Shown here piece by piece: positions 13,396 to 25,800 of a stretch of 64,000 nucleotides of DNA (position 1 is the stretch's first letter; the number at the start of each line of letters is the position of its first letter). Source of the DNA: Podarcis filfolensis (taxonomy: Eukaryota). The DNA is taken from the NCBI GenBank assembly GCA_964270895.1, contig OZ185438.1; one strand, given 5' to 3'. A model generated the notes under the pieces. It worked only from the letters and a program-made list of their open reading frames with translations. It was not told where the DNA came from and searched no databases. A program made the translations under genes and the position numbers.

Positions 13396-13761
13396 GGGAT
13401 GCGGGTGGCACTGTGGGTTAAACCACAGAGCCTAGGACTTGCCGATCAGAAGGTTGGCAGTTTGAATCCCCGTGACGGAGTGAGCTCCCGTTGCTCGTTC
13501 CCAGCTCTTGCCAACCTAGCAGTTTGAAAGCATGTCATGTGCAAGTAGATAAATAGGGACCGCTCCAGCGGGAAGATAAACGGTGTTTTCATGTGCTGCT
13601 CTGGTTCGCCAGAAGTGGCTTAGTCATGCTGGCCACATAACCCGGAAGCTGTCTGTGGACAAACGCCGGCTCCCTTGGCCTATAGAGCGAGATGAGCGCG
13701 CAACCCCAGAGTCGGTCACGACTGTACCTAATGGTCAGGGTTCCCTTTACCTTTACCTTTT
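13396..13761 (+). mobile_element. Sauria SINE, full length
   Basis: Head gggatgcgggtggcactgtgggttaaacc, (ACCTTT)n tail; TSD tatgattact (13386-13395) / tatgattatt (13762-13771), 1 mismatch. Confidence 0.95.
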
Positions 13762-14548
13762 TATGATTATTGGTAAACATGGTTGGGTGACAAACTGCAT
13801 TGTAAAATTAGGAGAAGTGCAAATTTCAAAAGGATGGCTGTATTTCAGTTCTCATATTGTTTCAGAAAGTGCAAATTAGATAGGTTCACTTTTAAATGTG
13901 AACTGAATTCAATTTCTCCTCATCCGTAGTCACTACTAATATTACATGTAGGTGGAGCTTCTGGTTTAGCCATAATTTGGAAATGGGTAGAAGCAACTCT
14001 GAAAACCATGGTTTATAGAAATCACATTTAGGCCTATCCATGCCTAAATGTATTTATTCATGTTATTAGATTTTGTATACCACTCAAATTAATATTATTA
14101 TTATTATTCCCTGGTTCACATTCACACTCAAGCCAAAAGCCTTCCCAAAGGCCCACAGCCAGCACCCAATCCCTTAAAACAATGCTTTCCTTTTCTTTCA
14201 AGTAGGGAGAGACAGTGTGCATGAGGAGTAGATTTGAGAGAGGGTTTTTTTATATATATTTCTCATTCTTTTTGTCTGCCATTCTCATGCTTTGAATAAT
14301 GGAGGAGAAGGGTGCCAAAGCAGGGATGCAGCTGCCCTAAAGACTGCTGCAGGAGCTTTTAAATTGGAAATTGGCAGTATATATAAAGTAAGATTCCCCT
14401 TCCCACCCGCCTCATTTGCAGATGAGCTCTCCAGAATGGAACAGAAAGACAGACAGTGGAAATGGAATACAAGTTATTGCTAGACTTCTGTGCGATCCAT
14501 GTAAATAAACATGGATTTTGAGGAAATTCTCTCCACATGCAGTGTGTA

Positions 14549-14550
<2 letters not shown>

Positions 14551-14627
<77 letters not shown>
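14551..14627 (+). repeat. Compound (TG)n(AG)n microsatellite
   Basis: Direct: ~18 TG then ~20 AG. Confidence 0.97.
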
Positions 14628-14629
<2 letters not shown>

Positions 14630-15002
14630 CCATTTGTGTCAGTCAGGTTTCCAACCCAGAAACTGTGGCGTTTACCACTGTCATTGCTAACAAAAGCATC
14701 TAAATTCAGAAATTCTAAAAAAAGAAAACCCCACAGGGCACAATCAGGTGTCTGTAAAGACTTCTAGCTAATTCCTTTCCTTCTTTTCAGCTAGCAATGA
14801 CAATGCATAGTTAAATGATGAAATTTGCTGCTGCAAGATGTGGTGCGGACCACCAACTTAGATGAATTTATATAGAAACACATGGCAATAAAAGCAGTTG
14901 ACTACTGTTCATGAGGGTTTTGTACTAACTTCCTACAGAATAAGAGGCCCCACGCCTCTACATACCAGTTACTGCATAACAACAGCAGGGGAGGCTATTA
15001 GG

Positions 15003-15093
15003 GGCTTCCTATGGGCATCTGGGTTGCCACTGTGAGATACAGGATGCTGGGCTAAATGGGCCTTTAGTTTGATCAGCGGAGCTTTTATTATGT
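15003..15093 (+). mobile_element. CR1-type 3' end fragment
   Basis: ctatgggcatctgg..gccactgtgaga.acaggatgctgg.cta.atggg; reverse-complement similarity to 36849-36976. Confidence 0.65.
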
Positions 15094-16378
15094 CAGCACC
15101 ACACCTGCCAATAGTAAATGTTTGATGTTCCTAGTCACTTCAAAATCAGTATGCAGTGGACATCTTCAGATTGTTTTATTTCTTAAACAAAGTTATCTGA
15201 CACATTTCAGAAGATAAATAAGAAAGCACTTTCCAATGTTATCTCAACTATATTTACAGTGATTCCAGGTAGCAAAATTCAAGGTTTTCAATATCAAGAA
15301 AAGCATCTTAACAGGCATCTATCTGCCTGTTAAGACGGTTTTGTTTTCAAAACTCTTCTCTGCTTCCATGGCACTTCAATCAGCTCTCACCCCAGTTGTG
15401 TTTTTAAGGAATCAGAACTCTGTATTTTAATCTCCCACATTCCAAATTCAGTCTCTCTTTTATTCAAAAGAAGATCACCACTGTGTGGTCCAAAAACTCA
15501 TAGAAAATGACTTTCTTATTACAGGTGAGCATAAGTATTTGATTAGTTAGAACTGCTGGGTTCCCTTTCTCTGTGGGCACTTAAAGCTGCTGAGTGACAT
15601 TCAGAAAAGAAACAGGCAAGCCCTTTTCTTAGAGATATCAATACGTTCTCTGTATGCAATGCATTTAGAATGATGCATTTACTCTCACAAAGCCATGTGG
15701 CCTAAAGGAAGAATGGTTTTCCATGATCGTGTATTACTAAGATTTAGGAAACTTTGAACTTATTCTTACCTACTCAGCCTCTAAAGGTTTATTTCTTTAT
15801 ATAAAAGACAGTTGTGAATTAACCATTGGATTTATATTGAATGATTAAATGATAAGATTTTAAAATATTTTTTAGCAGAACTGAAAAAGGTGGAATATGT
15901 CATAACTGAAGACACCTGCTATGAGCTGGGAGGATCTCTGATGATTCAGAAAAAAATATGTCTTACAGAAAGATAATTTTAAGCTGTTTTTCAGAGATGA
16001 GAACTTTCAGCTAATGAGGAGACACACATTACTCATATGCTACTTATGTGCAGGGTACAATTGTGTTTATTTATAGTGAGGCAGTGCTTTTAGTCCTGTC
16101 CTGGACTTTGTGTCTCCTTTCTCAAAAAAACACATACTAGTTTGCTGTGAAACGGCAGTTGCTTGAAGAGGAACCTAAACACCTGATCTCTTGCTGCCAT
16201 GTAGAGTCAGGACACCTGCACAGAACACCAGGATCTCATGTGTTGGGGTCTCTCTTCAAAGAAAAAGGCAATGTGAAGATCTGACATCGAGGAGCGGGGC
16301 TAAAAGTGCAGCCCCACTCCAAGGCAGCAGAAGTGCACCGTAGATGCAAGCAATGTGTTGGAAAACTCCAGGGGGGAG

Positions 16379-16455
16379 GTGCTAGGAGACTTCAACCTTT
16401 ACACTGAGGCTTCCCTTACTGGACTATCTCAGGACCTCATAACCTCTAGGACACA
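16379..16455 (+). mobile_element. Old L2/CR1-type LINE endonuclease fragment
   Basis: Translates VLGDFNLYTEASLTGLSQDLITSRT, containing the GDFN motif of APE-type endonucleases. Confidence 0.5.
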
Positions 16456-16715
16456 CATAACCAACTCCCAAGAGACTGTGATCTACTTCCCAGTATAAAA
16501 AAACCTGGCAGTGATCTACCCATTGTCATTGGAGGGAGGAGAAGCGTGGGTGGGGTGGGTGGAGTGCCCAGAGTTATTGAGCTTTTGGGGGGAGGATTGC
16601 ACAGAGTTTTTTGCTTTTTCCCTGTAACTTTTTGTACATGATAATGATCCCGCGATCTGCTGGGATCAGCTAGGGATCTACCAGTAGATCACAATCTACT
16701 GGTTGGACATCCCTG
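16456..16715. mobile_element. Degenerate hAT-like non-autonomous element
   Basis: Repeated gatctac motifs, hairpin ccagtaga-N6-tctactgg at 16681-16702, right end ttggacatccctg. Left end uncertain. Confidence 0.45.
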
Positions 16716-17535
16716 CTCTAGGACGCCTATGGTGCTCTCTCAAATTGTTATCCAGAAAGTGAATGAGACACGTTACACTTTCTCAAATTGCCCCAGGGCT
16801 TGATTTCCTAAAGGCTGGAGAGTGGATGTGGAAATACTATTTCCTAGTGAGCTCCCGTCTTTCAGCACCAGTTGTCCCATACCCTCTCCTCAACCCTCAG
16901 GCATGAGCGTTCAAATAAAACGGTCAATTTCTGAAGTTCTTAGGAAATCTGATGGATTCTTGAACTCTGGGGGATTTTGCAAATTCTGCCTAAACATGCT
17001 GTAAGCCTTCCTGGAATTGGGAACCCTGCATGATTGGTCTTCTCAATCATGAGTCTTTTAAGTGTGTTCATGCTAGCAAGCCACCTTCAGACCTTGCCGG
17101 CCAACATGGAAGGGACAGGATATATACCCCGAGTCTCCTACACATTTAAAATCTTCAGACTTTGCTACGTGGAACATGCATCTATATTGGTAAGGCTCCT
17201 CGCCTGGAATGTTTGCTTTTTGCATTTTGATGTGAAGCATGAGCCCTACTTGTATTTAGCTCTGTCCTGAAGGAAGACTGGCCACTTTCCACTGCTGCAG
17301 CACTTCAACTGGACACAAAATGGAATTGTAGGCATATGTTCTCAGCTCAAAATAATGTAGACTGAGGTTTGGTGACGTGGAAACAACATTCCTGTACATT
17401 CCTGCTGCTGCAGTTTAAGGGCATGTTCATACTCTAAGAAACCAGTAGATGGAACCAGTGGTTCCATCTCATGTGGAATGGGACAAAGCTGCAGGGAAGA
17501 AGGAGAAGGAATGTTTTTCTTCTTTCTGTTGCTAG

Positions 17536-17892
17536 CAGGGGTGAAAGAAGGCTAACCGGCACCTGGTGCAGGGTGTGGGAGGCAGGGCAAACCGCCCGGT
17601 GGCGCATGTGCGTGCACCGTACGTACGGCAGATGCATGGTGCTGCTACATATGGCACATGCACATGCGCCGTACATAGTGGCTCTGCACACTATGTGGTT
17701 TGCTGACGGCGCTGCTCGAGCGCCGTACAGACGATGGCAGGATCCTCTGCATGCAGCTGTGGCAGTGCAATGGCGGCTCACGCTGCCATGCCCAGGGCTG
17801 GCGGGCAAGCCTCCCACGGGATGCCTTCTTGTCACCCCCTCAGAGATGGCTCCCAAGGTGGGCCCCCCACCCCACCCCTTCCTCTGCCACTG
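17536..17892. mobile_element. GC/CpG-rich non-autonomous hAT-like element
   Basis: 8-bp TSD gttgctag (17528-17535) / gtttctag (17893-17900), 7/8; imperfect TIR caggggtgaaagaagg vs cagtggcagaggaagg (11/16). Confidence 0.7.
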
Positions 17893-18639
17893 GTTTCTAG
17901 CACCTCATTTGAAGTTAAGGAAAAGGAGAAATCTGGAAAGGGTAGGGGGGCAGATAGACATACAGACAGGGAATGGAAGCTAGGTCTGTATTATAACATA
18001 CCTGTGTCCGAAACAGATGTTTCACAGCAGTTCTTCCAATATCAGCTGCTATGATTACCTTCCTTCTGGATATCTTATGTCCTACTATGGGCTACCAATG
18101 TGAACCTTGTTTTAGCGCAAAGTCATGAACGGCATGTGTTGGTATACTCATAACCAGCATTCGCTTTCAGTGTAAACTTTTGAGGAAAATAGACCACCAC
18201 AGAGAAAGAGACTAGATAGGCCTTTTTAATGAGATCATCATGATTACATTGAAAAGGTTGGGAAGTTAATTAATCAGAACAAGCATAACAATGCAAAGCA
18301 TTCAGGAAAATCAATTAGAGATTAGGAGAACACTAAAGTAGACCCGTAAACCGCTTAAAAGCCTGGATGTGAGCTGAATCCATGAAAGATGGAACTGCTC
18401 TCTGCCTTTGGCTATATCAACCACCTTCAATGAAATCTACAAAAGTCAGAAAAATAAAACATTTAAATATAAATGTCATTTTGTGCACACATGCTATGGA
18501 GATACCACCAGCATTAACATCATAGGAACACAAAAAGTTGTGGTATAATACTTTGTCCCATCTAATTCTCTATCTACCCTACTATACTGCAACCAGTTCA
18601 TTTTTTTTAAAGAACACTATTTCTTATTATATCAATATA

Positions 18640-19005
18640 AAATAATAATATTAGCATTATATTTATTGGTTGGTTTAGTTGCAGAAATGACTCAAAGCAA
18701 CTTACAAACATGATAGAATCATTAAAACCAATTACAATAAACCACCAATAAAAACCTTTAAAAATCAATACAAATAAAAGACAGAATTAGCAGATCCTGC
18801 TCTACAAAAAGAGGCAATAGCTACTTGAAAGGACATCAAATCAATGCCCTTTTTTTCTTGGTGCCTAAAACTACACAAAGATGGAGAGAGAATTCCATAA
18901 GTGGGGAGACATCAGTGTAAAGGTCTTTCTCCTACTGCCAGCTTCCAGGCCTCCTATGGAGAGGGCACAAAAACAAGGGCCTCAGATGACGATTGCAGAC
19001 AGAGC
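18640..19005 (-). mobile_element. Degenerate L2-type LINE 3' end
   Basis: A-rich stretch followed by gagagaattccataagtggggagacatcagtgtaaaggtc...aagggcctcagatgacgat, resembling squamate L2 3' ends from memory. Confidence 0.45.
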
Positions 19006-19009
19006 ATTA

Positions 19010-19878
19010 TGTTGTTGTTTAGTTGTTTAGTCATGTCCGACTCTTTGTGACCCCCTGGACCAGAGCACGCCAGGCACTCCTGTCTTCCACTGCCTCCCGC
19101 AGTTTGGTCAAACTCATGCTGGTAGCTTCAAGAACACTGTCAAACCATCTCATCCTCTGTCGTCCCCTTCTCCTTGTGCCCTCAATCTTTCCCAACATCA
19201 GAGTCTTTTCCAGGGAGTCTTCTCTTCTCATGAGGTGGCCAAAGTATTGCAGCATCAGCTTCAGGATCTGTCCTTCCAGTGAGCACTCAGGCCTGATTTC
19301 CTTCAGAATGGATAGGTTTGATCTTCTTGCAATCCATGGGACTCTCAAGAGTCTCCTCCAGCACCATAATTCAAAAGTATCAATTCTTCGGCGATCAGCC
19401 TTCTTTATGGTCCAGCTCTCACTTCCATACATCACTACTGGGAAAACCATAGCTTTAACTATACAGACCTTTGTCGGGAAGGTGATGTCTCTGCTTTTTA
19501 AGATGCTGTCTAGGTTTGTCATCACTTTTCTCCCAAGAAGCAGGCGTCTTTTAATTTCGTGACTGTTGTCACCATCTGCAGTGATCATGGAGTCCAAGAA
19601 AGTAAAACCTCTCACTGCCTCCATTTCTTCCCCTTCTGTTTGCCAGGAGGTGATGGGACCAGTGGCCATGATCTTAGTTTTTTTGATGTTGAGCTTCAGA
19701 CCATATTTTGCGCTCTTCTCTTTCACCCTCATTAAAAAGTTCTTTAATTCCTCCTCACTTTCTGCCATCAAGGTTGTGTCATCTGCAGGTGTCATCTGAG
19801 GTTGTTGATATTTCTTCTGGCAATCTTAATTCTGGCTTGGGATTCATCCAGCCCAGCCTTTCGCATGATGAATTCTGT
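19010..19878 (-). mobile_element. Bov-B (RTE clade) LINE, 5'-truncated, ~870 bp
   Basis: (CAA)n tail; long minus-strand frame of RTE RT C-terminus (ADDTTLMAESEEELK...GLKLNIKKTKIM...FELWCWRRLLRVPW...RGRQRMRW). Confidence 0.96.
19031..19795 (-). pseudogene. Bov-B reverse transcriptase C-terminal fragment (non-functional; YADD disrupted)
   Basis: 254-codon open frame from the ORF track; 5' part absent; 10-bp direct repeat gtgtcatctg (19776-19785, 19789-19798) breaks the catalytic motif and frame. Confidence 0.9.
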
Positions 19879-22800
19879 TTAGCTTAGCGGGAGTTAAATG
19901 CACACCATCTTACATCAGGTTTTCCATATACAATAACAAATAGAAAATATGCTAATAATTCTAAAACTTTTCACGAAACATTACGTGAAACAACAGTTAT
20001 GGGAAGCCTATATCCCATATTATTTTATATGAAACTTTTTCTTTTGTTTTTGCTTCAGAATTTAGTATTGGTTTATTTACTGGTGATAAGGCAATACATT
20101 TTCTAAAGTCACTCTGAGGATTCAAGTTCATAAAATGTTGCCATTGAGGAAGGCAGCAAAGGAATCCCCCTCTCTGTTTTGTGATTATTGGGGTGGTTGG
20201 GGGAATCAAACGTCACTGGCTACAACAATCCATATAAAAACCCATGGAGAACTTTCCCATTATCTTTGAAGGTAGCCTGAATTTTTCAGGAATAGTTTCA
20301 ACAAAGAAACAGAGAACCGAATATGATAAGTACCTAAAGTATCAGATTAAAGAGCCCTCCATTCATATATATACAAATATATATTTACACACACAGAGAG
20401 AGAGAGATTTTCCTTGTTTACAAAAGCACATGCTCTTTCTTCAAGTTGTGTTTTCTACAGATCAGTTACATTTGTTGTGAGACATTGGTGTTATATGCAG
20501 TATTGCGAAACATAACAAGTGAATAGAAAGAGAACCTACCCAGTGATACTGACACAAAAACCCCATGCATACTCTTACTTACATAAGCTTCACCACCCCA
20601 CCCTCTCTCTCCCATCCTATAACACTTGTCCTTTACTGAAGCCCATGCCTATTTCATAGGTGATTGTTTTATGATCAGAGGTTGCTTCTGATGAAGTTGA
20701 TCTTTGATTTGTTTGCTTGTTGTACAATTCTTTCAGAATTCAAGCAGCCCTTCAACACCATCTTGACATGTACTCATCTTTAGAAATGTTCTACTGAAAA
20801 TAGGCCAACAGTACATCAAGCATCTAGGAAGCTTATTAACTGAAGTACTGACAGGCAGGGATACCAACAGGATTTCCCGGGCCTGTTATAATGATGGATG
20901 CTAATCTGGACAATTCACATGGTTTATATCTATGGATCATGGCACTGTAACAGCTGGCATGAAATTAATATAAAATATACCCCTTACGAACTATTTGTGA
21001 TCCTGGTACAAGTACCTATCTCCAGCGTGACCTGGAAAGATCAGCGAACATCCTGACCCTAATAGTTGCAGGAAAAATCAGAGCACTAATCCTTGTATTT
21101 GCAAGGAAAATCTGTTTACTATTTCTCAGCCTCCTGTAAGCAGGAACCAACTCCAAACAGACAAGTAAGAGCTCTTTTAAGGTAAGTCAGGAATTACAGA
21201 GATAAAGTCGTTGTCTTCCTTAAACCAAGGCATTGTACTCTTTATTTTAAGCTTAGACCCTAGGTTTTTAATGACTAGTTATCACACAGCTCCAATGGGA
21301 CACCTCTTTGCTAAACTCTCTCAAGGATCAGCCCTACATGTCTCTGAACCACAGACAAAAAGAGCGGTTGAGAGACTCTGCTACCTTGCCATCATGGGGT
21401 TTTGAAGGGAGAGCTTAACTCTCACAGAAGACACAGATCTCAGATCCATGGCTTGCTTTTTCTACTTCGTGGTAAGACAAGTTCTTTATTAAGCATAAAG
21501 GTTAAATGTATGTGTGTCTTTTTAATGTACACACATCCTGACTCCTTACAAAAGGCTCCATAACTCTCACTTGTATATGTAGGATTTACGTGCACAGTGG
21601 ACATGCTTGTGGGTTTAGATGTATACCTTGCAATACTGGTGTAGAACATGAATTGGGCCCCTTGCATACACACCCAGCACTGTGTTGGAAAGAAACCAGG
21701 GTTGGCTCCAGTTTTCTGGGGGTCCTTTGGCCTGGGTATCTGTGGGCCCCTTGTTTCCTCCTCAAACCACACGCCTCCTCCATCATGGTCTCACCCTTTT
21801 AAAATAAAAGAAATCTTGACCAGTATGGTAATTTCTACTTCTCAGGGAATAATATAAAATTTTGAAAATCTTAATTCATTGGGGTAAATTTATACAGAGG
21901 AATGGAGAAAGGATCTGGGCCCCAGAGAGACAGTGACCATTGCCTCCACTACTGGCTTTCTTGAATAGGGATGGGCTGGCTTCCTCCTGCACACAGCATT
22001 TAGCAGGAAAATGCGCTGGACCCCTAGAAGCTCCTTGGTCCACATCTTATAATTTACTTTTTAAAAGAAAAGAAAGCTAAAAGTCCAGGCCCTCTGCTGG
22101 TTTGGAGCCCCGTAGAACTCTCTCCATTCTGCTTGTTTGTTGCGCCATGACTTTCAGCATCCTGTTGCTATTGTTTCAAGTGCAAATGTAAAGAAAAACC
22201 CCTCATTCCATTGTCAGTTGACTGAGTTTGTTTTCTACACCCAACCAAAGATAACAATGCTGCCCCTGGCAATTCCTCTGTGGATACAGAAATAAGGTGA
22301 AGGCCACCGCAGTCTAGCTTCCATCCCTGGCTGTAGGCCTAAAGGCTGCAGGGATGTTGCATCCCCTCACTGCCAGTGAGAAAACCTGCAATGGGAAACA
22401 AGCTCCCATTTGTGAGTCAGAGGACTAACAAAGGCTCTGTCACAAAGCAATGAGGTCACCCGGACATGGTGACACCTTCCTGATGAAAATCATGTGATAC
22501 CAGTAATGGAACACTCTTGCAGGCCCCATGGCCTCCTCTGGCAACTCGAACAGCTACGCAGCATTCCCAGGAAGGGGTCCTGGTGTTCTGGGGCTCACAG
22601 GTGCTCTCGTGTGAACTCATGGTCTTAGCACAGTAAAACCACGCAGACAGAGTTGAGGAGGTATCTGGGCATACCTACTTTATTTCTACTAATTACAGAT
22701 TAAAGAACATAACAAACATGTATGAGAGGAGCAGCTCTCATATGGACATCCTGTCTCGTCGCAAGACAGAGCAGAAAGGAAAAATACAATAGTACCAGAG

Positions 22801-25800
22801 ATGGAGGTCACACAGGCTTCCTTTCTCACGGAACAGAAAGTAAACAATGGGATCAGATGATCCTTGCAATGGGAGGAGTGAAATACCAACAACTAGCTGC
22901 CCACTATATTGTCAAGAACTTGGGCTTCATGAGGAATTTTGTCCTATCTGTGATGGACAACTCTAGGAAGAGAGGTGTGTTAGGATATAGTTCCATTCCA
23001 CCTTAAAAGGAACAGGCGTGACTGTTGTGTGTCACATGCCTGTTTACTTCCAGCACAGTCTGCTGGGAACTTCCGTTTGTATATTGCTTTTGCTATACTG
23101 CTGTGTGCTTGGACACAAAGGGAAGCAGACATGTTTTTTCCTTTGTTGCTGAGCTATGCTGAATAAACGCCTGTAAATAATGCTTACACATTTCTCTGTC
23201 CGCCACTTCCATTGTGAAGATTTATTCACTCTGCTGATAGAGCGTGCTCAAGTTTCTGAAGGCTTCTGAAACTATGAGTCGCTGATTGATGCTGCTCCAA
23301 GGGAGACCGGAGTTCGTCCGGCTGGTGGCTGGGGGCCTGCTTGATGTCCCCGTCTCCCCAGAAGCATCCCAACATGGTGGGATCTTTAGCCTTCTTTCCG
23401 TATTCAAAGTGCATAGGCTAAATGGACAAGAGGTGAATGGGAGCACTCTGGCAGTTCTACCATGTTGTTTCTAAGGACAGAACACCAGCAAGACATAAAC
23501 TGTGTGTGTATAGGATTCTCTCTGCACATTTGGAAACCATGTTTTTAAAGAGGTAAGGAAATGGGACATTACACACAGACCTACTTGCAGGCCCATGTTT
23601 TCATAGAATGTGTAAAAGGAGTGCCACTCATCTCATTTTTTACATTTGACTTGTCCTACCTGTAGTCCAAAATGGGATTCATTTTACTGCATCCAAAGCG
23701 TCCGGCAGATAATCTCTGTGTTTCCAGAATGTGATAATATTTGTAATGTGCTAGATCATGGGCATTTAAATGTATTTTCCCTTTGACCTACATTAATCCT
23801 AACATAATGCAATATATAATTTTGAGAAGTTTGTAGAAAATGATCACCCAATTTAGATGGGATAAGAAAAGTCAGAGGATTATTTATTCCTCAGTAAAAG
23901 TGGTGTTTTATTTAATTTTCGTTAACTTACGGCTAAATTTTGGAACCAATACTCATTATGTTTTGTTGTTCGAAGTATGGGGAGTGTTAAAAGATTGAAA
24001 CAAATGTTTTATCTCATTTCAGGCATGGTTGACTAAATGTTGTGGGTTACTGAACTGAATGAAAAAAGTCAGTGTCTATCAATCGCATGCAGCTCTTAAT
24101 GAACCAGATAGTGCAGAAATAACAAAATGTGTGAATTACATTTTGGAGATACTGGCATCGTAATGATACAATCTTATTAGAAAGTTGTTCTAAGAATGTA
24201 AGAATGTTGTATTTTGTTATTAGGGGTTTTGTGTTGTTGTTTTTAAAACAATTTATAGAAGAGGCTAAAACTCTGCCTAAGGAGGAGGAAGTGGTCCTCT
24301 TCTCAATCCTTCTGCTGATCTTTATTAGACATTTAGCCACTTAACAATAATAGTTTTAGAGAGTAATCAGAACTAAGTCCAGGGCCAGCTGTAGTGCAAG
24401 CACCCCTCTCTGCCTGGTTTATTAGAGGACAGGGTTGCTCTCCTGTAACGATGCTGCACTAGCTCTTGACAAAGTGGCATTTGGTGGCAGAAGGGGTGGC
24501 AGAATTCATCAACACTAAAGCCTGGGTGAAGAAGGGTTTGGGGGAGCATTTTGCATTGCTATCTTCATGAACAGGAAGCTTTGCTGAGAGAGACAGTGTG
24601 TGACTGGAGCTACTGAATTAGGCAATCCTTCCACAGTCTTTAATCATGGAAAACTCAGTTGCTATTGCCACAACGAAAATTGTCCTGTACTCTATAGCCA
24701 CAATGCACAAGTCTAGTGACTTATATTAGCCCAATATCTGAACACCTTGAGTGATGATGACTGATTGCTGTACACAACAAAATGGTTCCAGGTACTCAGT
24801 AAGCATGCCAAACGCTGAAATCCCTTGCTTGAATTTTCAGTGGAAACGTCAGAAAACTGTATGTATGAGCACAGAAGGGCAAGATTGCATTTCTGGTGAG
24901 GGACTGTGGGTGTGAGTGCTATTTTAATTTGATGAAAGAGATATAACCAATATATTTCAAATTAACATTCACATCCTCAGATGGGCTCCTGAGTTGCTCC
25001 TCTGGTTGGGCACTTGCCTCCTGTGCCACCATCCCACGAGTTAAATCTAGTTTTCAGGTTGTTTGGTCTTTGTTGATAACATTGTTGCAGCTGTTATAGG
25101 GTATATATAGTAAATGCTTTTGACGTAGGTACAATAGTTATGGCAGAATGATTGCCTTTCCTTGGGTGCTCAACTGTTTTATCGCCCTCACTTCTGAGCT
25201 GGTGGCTTTGCAGTTGCCTCTTCTCCTTCCCTCCCCTTCAGCAGATGCCTGAGGCGCCACATGCATTTTGAGTCTCTAATCACTAGCACATATTCAAAAT
25301 GCATGATGAAGTATGTTGAGGTAATGCTAATCTGCATTCATGATTGTGAGAAAATGTTCTTGACTGGCCAAAAGAACAAAATTTATATGCTTGGAGGAAG
25401 GGGTGGGGACACACGCATGCATAACTTAACAGCAGCAACAGCAGCAACAACCGAAAAACCTTTCATAGTGGACAGCCCTGATCAAAAATTTGTGACTAAC
25501 TCAACAATTAATACACGAATAAATCGTATTAATGTTTTCTGCTCCAGTTACAATGATATACTTTCTGGTAAAGCAGGTGTTGGAAGAACCAAAGGGCAAT
25601 AATGGGGTAAGATAAATCCCTTCCTTGTTTTCCAGTGATTAATGGGGATAGGGGGAATTATGTGGTGAAGGGAAGCAGAGACAAGAGAGTTAGGACTGTC
25701 CCCTGACCCTCTTCCTAAGCTGGAGGAATAATGTCTGATGCATGGAGTCTTCTCTACTTGTCAAGGCTTCCTACCTGGTTTAGAATTCTGATCTGATGTT

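Larger units (their letters stand above)
12836..13928 (-). mobile_element. Non-autonomous repeat (same family as 6098-6465) interrupted by a Bov-B fragment and a Sauria SINE
   Basis: Termini tagagatg / catccgta. Segments 12836-13076, 13349-13395 and 13762-13928 read as continuous AT-rich family sequence; the first is similar to 6098-6465. No TSD found. Confidence 0.6.

Noticed and set aside
15511-15530. Polypyrimidine-AG|GTGAG recursive-splice-like site
   Set aside because: Cannot be assessed without a known host intron; such motifs occur by chance.
17434-18054. Overlapping 106-170 aa ORFs on both strands
   Set aside because: Explained by the GC-rich hAT-like insertion 17536-17892.
19023-19562. 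179-aa plus-strand ORF
   Set aside because: Antisense shadow of the Bov-B RT frame.
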